Made by a program: the position numbers and the translations under genes. This document shows positions 58,563 through 64,000 of a DNA stretch of 64,000 nucleotides, piece after piece (position 1 is the stretch's first letter; every line of letters starts with the position of its first letter). The notes under the pieces were generated by a model that saw nothing but the letters and a program-made list of their open reading frames with translations, made no database searches and was not told the DNA's origin. Source of the DNA: Brevinematales bacterium. Lineage in GTDB: Bacteria; Spirochaetota; Brevinematia; Brevinematales; JAOACQ01. The stretch spans positions 35,832-99,831 of the forward strand of contig JBBFLL010000006.1 of NCBI GenBank assembly GCA_037479045.1. The letters are read 5' to 3'.

Positions 58563-59381
58563 TTATTTGAGATTTATAATAAAACTATCTTTTCCAACCG
58601 AAGAAGATTTCAGTTTCTTCAAAGTAGCCTCAGCTTCCTCTCTTGAACTAAATTTGCCAACTCTTACCCTGTAGTATGTAGTTCCACCAACATTAGCTTC
58701 AACAAGATAGGAATAAAGCCCCATACTTCTCAAGCTATCTTCAACACTTCTTGCCTTTTCCATACTTGTATGGGCAGAAACCTGTATGCTAAAGCTACCT
58801 TCCTGAACTGGTTTTGAAACACTTTTTGTTTCCTGTTTATTAACAGTAGTAGTTGATTTTTTTTCTGGAAATTTGAGATTCTCAGAATTTTTCACCTCTG
58901 TTGTTTTAACTACAACTTTTTCATTCTTTGGAGTTTCTATAACCTTTTTTTCTGGTTCAACTGGAACTTTCACCTCTGGAATAGAAGTTTCCTGTTGTTT
59001 GACATTCTCTACAACTATTTGTGAATCCATATTTTTCTCTGGTGCAGCCACTATCAAATTTTCAACTTTTTTTTCTTCAAGTTTCTTTTCTTCCATGGCT
59101 ATGGCTTGCTTTTCTTTCTCAACTGCATTTTTTATGCTTGTCTTACCAAGCCAGAAACCTAAAAGAAATATCATTATTCCAAAAAACACAAAGATAGCTG
59201 TCACCCAGACAACTTTATCGTCAATAGAATTACTTTCGTCATTAAAATTTTTAAAACTCGAAGTAGCAACTTTTTTCTGAGATGGTTTTTCAGTATCCTG
59301 AGAAAATGAAAAATCTCTATCAAGCATAGAAGGTTGGCTTTTTTCTTCATTGAAAAAATCAATAATTTCAGGTGCAGACAT
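58563..59381 (-). CDS. SPOR domain-containing membrane protein
   Basis: One TM segment, a charged linker, and a C-terminal SPOR motif FSIQVSAHTSMEKARSVEDSL......YYRVRVGKFSSREEAEATLKKLK. Confidence 0.8.
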   Translation of the reverse strand: MSAPEIIDFFNEEKSQPSMLDRDFSFSQDTEKPSQKKVATSSFKNFNDESNSIDDKVVWVTAIFVFFGIMIFLLGFWLGKTSIKNAVEKEKQAIAMEEKKLEEKKVENLIVAAPEKNMDSQIVVENVKQQETSIPEVKVPVEPEKKVIETPKNEKVVVKTTEVKNSENLKFPEKKSTTTVNKQETKSVSKPVQEGSFSIQVSAHTSMEKARSVEDSLRSMGLYSYLVEANVGGTTYYRVRVGKFSSREEAEATLKKLKSSSVGKDSFIINLK

Positions 59382-59443
59382 ACTTGCCTCCTACTCTATT
59401 TTTTCGGCAGGAAAAAATTTTTTTAAAGTTTTTTTAAAAAAAT

Positions 59444-59472
59444 TTGACTAATTATAGAATATAAAATAAAAT
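59444..59472 (+). promoter_or_regulatory. sigma70-like promoter of rpsT (TTGACT-N17-TAAAAT)
   Basis: Hexamers at 59444-49 and 59467-72, followed by RBS AAGGAGGA and GTG 59509. Confidence 0.45.
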
Positions 59473-59508
59473 ATTTAATGCATTTTAAAACTTTGAAAGG
59501 AGGATATT

Positions 59509-59784
59509 GTGCCAATAATTAAATCGGCAAAAAAGAAGGTCAGAAAGGACAAAAAAAGATACGAAAGAAATAAGATGCTCAAGACTTTCATCAAGAATCT
59601 GAAGAAAAAGACGCTTGCAATTCTTAATTCAACAGAATCTGTTGAAAAGAAAAAGGAAGCTCTTGACTATTACAGATCTCAGGTAGACAAAATGTGGGCA
59701 AAGGGTATCTTTAAGAGAAATAAATCTTCAAGATTAATCTCAAGAATTGACAAACTGGCAAATAAAATATTATCAGGAAAATAG
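59509..59784 (+). CDS. rpsT: 30S ribosomal protein S20
   Basis: (M)PIIKSAKKKVRKDKKRYERNK.. is a typical S20 N-terminus. GTG start, 91 aa. Confidence 0.9.
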   Translation: MPIIKSAKKKVRKDKKRYERNKMLKTFIKNLKKKTLAILNSTESVEKKKEALDYYRSQVDKMWAKGIFKRNKSSRLISRIDKLANKILSGK

Positions 59785-59794
59785 GAGGAACATT

Positions 59795-60115
59795 ATGTCA
59801 AAGAATAAGTTAACCAAAGCTGACATCGTTGAAATGGTTTATGAACTTCCAGAAGTAAAAGAATTTGGCCTTTCAAGAAAAGAAGTGGCTGTAGTTGTAA
59901 GTAATTTTATTGAAAAATTAAGAGAATCAATAGAAAAGCTCGGTGAAGATGATAGAATTGAGCTAAGAGGTTTTGGAACATTTGGCATTAAGAAAAGAAA
60001 GGCAAGAGTAGCAAGAAACCCAAAAACTGGTGAAGAAGTAAAAGTTCCAGATAGAAAGACTCCATTCTTCAAGCCTGGAAGAGAAATGAAACAATCTGTA
60101 GTAAACGGCAAGTAA
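59795..60115 (+). CDS. HU/IHF family DNA-binding protein
   Basis: ..ELRGFGTFGIKKRKARVARNPKTGEEVKVPDRKTPFFKPG.. is the HU/IHF arm. ATG 59795 lies after AGGAGG and is preferred over the upstream extension. Confidence 0.88.
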   Translation: MSKNKLTKADIVEMVYELPEVKEFGLSRKEVAVVVSNFIEKLRESIEKLGEDDRIELRGFGTFGIKKRKARVARNPKTGEEVKVPDRKTPFFKPGREMKQSVVNGK

Positions 60116-60131
60116 TATTTTAAAATATAGT

Positions 60132-60218
60132 GACTGGGGCTTTCAGTAAATCACTCAGATTTTCGATTGAAATATCTATTAAAGGTGATTACTGAAAAGC
60201 CCCAGTCCTGTTTTTTTT
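60132..60218 (+). terminator. long-stem intrinsic terminator after the HU/IHF gene
   Basis: gactggggctttcagtaaatcac (60132-54) pairs with gtgattactgaaaagccccagtc (60185-207) with two single-base bulges and a 30-nt internal loop. T8 follows. Confidence 0.7.
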
Positions 60219-60299
60219 ATAATAAAAATTTATTAATCCATTCAAGAAAAGTAGTTCTCTTTACCGAAAATATATTGAGAGATTTTAATATTTAATAAG

Positions 60300-60330
60300 C
60301 ATACTTCGATTGAAAGTATGTTTGTTTTTT
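60300..60330 (+). terminator. second terminator-like hairpin
   Basis: catactt (60300-06) pairs with aagtatg (60314-20) around a 7-nt loop cgattga, followed by tttgtttttt. Confidence 0.45.
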
Positions 60331-60387
60331 ATCAAAAACTCTCACTTATTTGTAGATGAAAGACCTTAATTAATTGTGAGGTAGGTT

Positions 60388-62382
60388 ATGAGTTTCAAAA
60401 AAATCATCCTTGTCTTATTACTAATTTTTTCCTTGGTATCGCTTTTTGTAATTGTCTATTTTTCAAAGAATAAAATTGGTATGTTTGGCAAGCTATACGA
60501 TGAACATGTAAAGAGAAATACAGAGATTATCACTAAAACTGTTCAAACAAATATAAATCTCATAAAAAATGAAATACATTATCTCTCACAGGAAGAGATA
60601 GTAAAAAATGTTTTTGAAGCACACTACCTTTCAATATCTCAACCAGAAGCAAACAAAATAATCGAAATAAAATCAAAAATTCAAGACTGTAATAAGATTC
60701 AACTTATTGCTAAAGATGGACTCATTGTTTATTCTACCATAGAGGAAGAAAACTTAAAGCAAAAAATAAAAGATAGCGTTTTTGAAAAAATAGTCAAACA
60801 CTTCTCATCATCTGAAAGTCCTTTTTTTTATTTCTTAAACAACCAGCAATTTATAGCATTTCAGAAACAAAGTTTAATAGTATCAAATGAATTAACCGAA
60901 GGTTATGTGGCTATATACTATAATTCAAATAAACTTATAAATGGTTTACCTACTAAAAGACTCAAGGTTCCATTCTCCTATGAGAATTTTTTATTTCTCT
61001 CAAAAGGTAATGTAGACAAAAGAGATTTAAATCTCATAATAGAAAACTATGAAAAGCTAAAGGATACAAAAAAAGACGGTCTTGAAAAAACAATCGGTGC
61101 AATTTCTCAATTTGATGGGATAAAAATTGTCTATTATTCAAAAAATGAAAAATTCATATCCCCATGGACAATCCTTTTTATCATAATAGATTTGGTTTTA
61201 TTATTACTTGTAATATTCACACTATTCCAGCTCTTCAGAGAAGAAAAAATGTATCAGGAAGTTGCTTTAAGAACACTTAAAACTGATACCGTTGACAGCA
61301 CACATTCTGAAATAGGGGATTTAGTAAGAGATATTGAGGAAGATAATGTAGTAAAGAGTGACATTGCCAACGAAGGAATTGAAAAAATGATAATGCAGAA
61401 TAATGTTGACCTTTATGCTGCTCCTTCTGAAACAAAAACATCTTTTACTACAGAGACACCATCTTACGAAGAGGAATCAGAATTTAAAATTCAGGAAAAA
61501 GAAGCCCCTGAGTTTGCATTTGAACCAGAACAAAAACAAATAGAAGAAACTACTCCAGAATTCTCATTTGAATCAGAAGAAAATATAGATATCAAAACAC
61601 CAGAAATAGAAAGTCCGTCACCCATTACAATAGAAGACTATTCAGAACTCGAACCAGATAAAGAAACAAAACTCTTTGCAGAGCAGGAAAACATACTTCA
61701 GGAAGTAACAAATGACTATATAGAAAAAGAAGAAAGCCTCAAAGGCATCACACCTGAAGAAACAGCTCAGGAAGAATCAACATTAAAAGACATCGAAGAA
61801 ACCATAGAATTTGATATACCTGAGGTAGAAAATATTGAAGTAGAAAAACTGGCTGACAACCTCCCACAGATTGAAGAAAAGGCAGCTACAGAACAACCCA
61901 AATTTGACACTATTGAAGAAATGGAAACAGACCTCAAAAACGTTATGGAAGAACCACCTCATAAAATAAGCACCATAGCTACTGTTGAAGACTATGGAAA
62001 TGTTGCAAAAGATTTAGCCAAAAACTATCTTGGAATGACAAAGATTTCTATATTAAAACGTGAAAACAACCATTTCTCAACTGTTATGAAAGATGGATTT
62101 GAAAATTCAAATATTTCATTTGATATGAACGACCCTCTTGTTTCAATGTTTCTTTCAAAAGGAAAGTCAGTAGATATAAAAGGCAACCTTAACTCAAAAT
62201 ATGTAAAAAGCAAGTTTAATTCAAATGATATAGCAAACCTTGAAGAAATATTCATAGTCCCTATTGCAAAGAAAGGTGAGTTAGTTGGAGTTGGTTTCTT
62301 TGGAAGAGAAAAAGGAGTGAAAGAACCAACAAACTTCCAGAAGTCAGAATTATTCAATATGGGATATCTACAGGAAGAATAG
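60388..62382 (+). CDS. membrane-anchored protein with a periplasmic N-domain, a ~200-aa Glu-rich linker and a GAF-like C-terminal domain (unknown function)
   Basis: N-terminal TM segment, second TM segment near aa 255-280, and an acidic low-complexity region with duplicated PEF(A/S)FE(P/S)E. The GAF-like call for the C-terminus is tentative. Confidence 0.45.
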   Translation: MSFKKIILVLLLIFSLVSLFVIVYFSKNKIGMFGKLYDEHVKRNTEIITKTVQTNINLIKNEIHYLSQEEIVKNVFEAHYLSISQPEANKIIEIKSKIQDCNKIQLIAKDGLIVYSTIEEENLKQKIKDSVFEKIVKHFSSSESPFFYFLNNQQFIAFQKQSLIVSNELTEGYVAIYYNSNKLINGLPTKRLKVPFSYENFLFLSKGNVDKRDLNLIIENYEKLKDTKKDGLEKTIGAISQFDGIKIVYYSKNEKFISPWTILFIIIDLVLLLLVIFTLFQLFREEKMYQEVALRTLKTDTVDSTHSEIGDLVRDIEEDNVVKSDIANEGIEKMIMQNNVDLYAAPSETKTSFTTETPSYEEESEFKIQEKEAPEFAFEPEQKQIEETTPEFSFESEENIDIKTPEIESPSPITIEDYSELEPDKETKLFAEQENILQEVTNDYIEKEESLKGITPEETAQEESTLKDIEETIEFDIPEVENIEVEKLADNLPQIEEKAATEQPKFDTIEEMETDLKNVMEEPPHKISTIATVEDYGNVAKDLAKNYLGMTKISILKRENNHFSTVMKDGFENSNISFDMNDPLVSMFLSKGKSVDIKGNLNSKYVKSKFNSNDIANLEEIFIVPIAKKGELVGVGFFGREKGVKEPTNFQKSELFNMGYLQEE

Positions 62383-62383
62383 C

Positions 62384-63217
62384 GTGTTTTTATTATTTGC
62401 TCTTTTGTTTTTTATTTCATTATTAATAATCTCTTATGTTGAAACTTATTTTATTGAAGTCAAAAAATTTACGATATTCAGTGAAAAAATCAAAAAAAAC
62501 TATACTTTTTTGTTAATTTCAGACCTTCATTTTCATTCTGGTGTAACAAATCTCAAGTTTAAAAGAGTGAAAAACAAAATCCGTGAGATTTTAAGTAAAT
62601 ATCAAGTTGACAATGTATTCTTTACTGGAGACTTTATTGACAACAAGTCTGGCTTAAATAAACTATCAAATCTACTTGAAGAATTTAAAGATAAAAAATG
62701 TTATGGAGTTTTTGGAAATCATGACTACTGGGATTATAATATTTTACATTTTTTTTATCCACTTTTCTCAAAAATTGATAAAAAACCTCAAAACATCGAA
62801 AAACTTAAAAAAATTTTAGAAAAAAATATTGAAATACTTCTTGATGAAGCAGTTCAACATGAAGAACTTGCAATATACGGACTTGATTATAAATCAACTC
62901 ACGCAAAATTTGACTTTTCAAATAAAAAGTTTAAAATCTTACTATCCCATTACCCAGAAGTAATAGAATTATACAAGGATAAAGTGGATTTAATATTAGC
63001 GGGACACACTCATGGTGGGCAGTTAACATTTTTTGGCATTCCAATCATTGTAAGAAGTAAACTCAAAAGAAGATGGATTAAAGGAATGTCAATTCATAAC
63101 AATACAAAACTTATAGTAACAAAGGGTGTTGGAGAAAGTTTCTATATTCCTTTCAGGTTTTTTTCAAGACCTGAAATGGTAATTCTTGAATTGAAAGGAG
63201 GAAGCAATGAAACTTAA
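62384..63217 (+). CDS. membrane-anchored metallophosphoesterase
   Basis: Calcineurin-like motifs LISDLHFH, TGDFID, GNHD and GHTHGGQ. GTG start. Confidence 0.85.
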   Translation: MFLLFALLFFISLLIISYVETYFIEVKKFTIFSEKIKKNYTFLLISDLHFHSGVTNLKFKRVKNKIREILSKYQVDNVFFTGDFIDNKSGLNKLSNLLEEFKDKKCYGVFGNHDYWDYNILHFFYPLFSKIDKKPQNIEKLKKILEKNIEILLDEAVQHEELAIYGLDYKSTHAKFDFSNKKFKILLSHYPEVIELYKDKVDLILAGHTHGGQLTFFGIPIIVRSKLKRRWIKGMSIHNNTKLIVTKGVGESFYIPFRFFSRPEMVILELKGGSNET

Positions 63218-63827
63218 AGTGCTTTTATTTTTCATACCAGTTTTGCTATTTTCACAGAATGTTTCAAAAGAGTTGGGAGAGTTAAATTCTTCCTTAAGAA
63301 GGGCAAATATTCAATCTTCAATTATACATTCACTTTCTATTTCTGATAAACTACTTTTATTCCTTGAAAATTTTATGTTAGACTCTATTCCACAGCTTAA
63401 AAATTATACTCTATACAATACAAATACTTTCTCAAGAATAACAATGGAAAAAGGAAATTATGAAGTTGAAATATATTCACAGAAATTTTTCTCCAACCAG
63501 AATATTAACCTGACAGTTACAATTGATGCTACAGAAGATATTTTCAGTAAAAATTTTGGGCTTTTTATTTCTTATGACTATTTAACTGATAAAAAGGGTT
63601 TTAAAAAACTTGAAATCCAAAAAATCCCAGCACTTATAGAAAATGATAATCTCACAATGCTATTCATAATCTCTACAAATCAGGCTAATCAAGGCTATAC
63701 AGTAAAAATGGAATACACATTTCAAAGAAAGATTGACAGTAAATCAAAAGAAGAAATAATGATTAAAGATGCAAATGAAATAATAAAAGGTATGGAGATA
63801 AGAAAACTATCCACCTACTTAAGATAG
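63207..63827 (+). CDS. exported hypothetical protein
   Basis: Signal peptide MKLKVLLFFIPVLLFS. No recognisable family. Confidence 0.45.
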   Translation: MKLKVLLFFIPVLLFSQNVSKELGELNSSLRRANIQSSIIHSLSISDKLLLFLENFMLDSIPQLKNYTLYNTNTFSRITMEKGNYEVEIYSQKFFSNQNINLTVTIDATEDIFSKNFGLFISYDYLTDKKGFKKLEIQKIPALIENDNLTMLFIISTNQANQGYTVKMEYTFQRKIDSKSKEEIMIKDANEIIKGMEIRKLSTYLR

Positions 63828-64000
63828 AGTCTCCCTCAATTTTCTTAAAACCTCTTCTTTATCAGGCTTTGTCAAAATTGACCTACCAACAACAATATAG
63901 TCAGCTCCTTCTTTCATAGCCATTTCTGGAGTCATAACCCTCTTCTGATCACCTTTTTCATCGGATTCAAGGCGGACACCTGGTGTCACAACAACAATAT
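63819..64000 (-). CDS. pyrF: orotidine 5'-phosphate decarboxylase, C-terminal part (5' end outside the window)
   Basis: The minus strand reads ..VVTPGVRLESDEKGDQKRVMTPEMAMKEGADYIVVGRSILTKPDKEE..*, matching the PyrF C-terminal motifs TPG(I/V)R, DQ.R and VVGR.I. Confidence 0.8.
   Translation of the reverse strand, partial: IVVVTPGVRLESDEKGDQKRVMTPEMAMKEGADYIVVGRSILTKPDKEEVLRKLRETLS

Overview
This is a 64-kb window from a very AT-rich bacterium. Hand counts on sample 60-nt lines give about 28-30% G+C in backbone genes. The gene content indicates a diderm, flagellated organism: LptA/LptC-like genes, OMP-like genes, and a flgB-flgC-fliE-fliF-fliG-fliH-fliI cluster. It uses a V/A-type ATPase. I cannot name the taxon from sequence alone. 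I support about 75 protein genes. I found no rRNA, tRNA, CRISPR array, transposase or integrase.

Layout:
- 1-4.6 kb: cmk, tyrA, a DAHP synthase and a GH3 glucosidase.
- 4.7-9.6 kb: ispH next to a crtI-crtB-polyprenyl synthase-lycopene cyclase cluster.
- 9.7-23.2 kb: a translationally coupled TPR/NHL/vWA exported protein and MFS-HEAT fusion, alpha-glucan phosphorylase, TPR proteins, a TrmB regulator, LptA/LptC-like genes, nfi, thiL and trkA.
- 23.2-31.3 kb: a mosaic accessory region. It holds a G+C-richer ArsR-led thiol-redox/permease operon with an interrupted thioredoxin gene, gene relics, a truncated GHKL ATPase + STAS-like + PIN cassette, a Dabb protein, an MNT-HEPN pair and a CE7 esterase.
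- 31.3-53.8 kb: one co-directional minus-strand run of rho, purF, a NUDIX gene, the flagellar genes, recX, plsY, a transglutaminase-TPR protein, then an 11-gene V-ATPase operon. That operon carries an embedded CofE-like gene and a USP gene.
- 53.8-54.8 kb: a 963-bp non-coding region with a hairpin-dense, G+C-rich ~360-nt element and a 7-bp tandem repeat.
- 54.8-64 kb: an ABC substrate-binding protein, two OMP-like genes, a SPOR protein, rpsT, an HU/IHF gene, an acidic membrane protein, a metallophosphoesterase and a partial pyrF.

The candidates most worth follow-up are the STAS-like/PIN cassette, the structured non-coding element at 54.2-54.55 kb with its adjacent heptamer array, the interrupted exported thioredoxin, and the non-canonical genes inside the V-ATPase operon.
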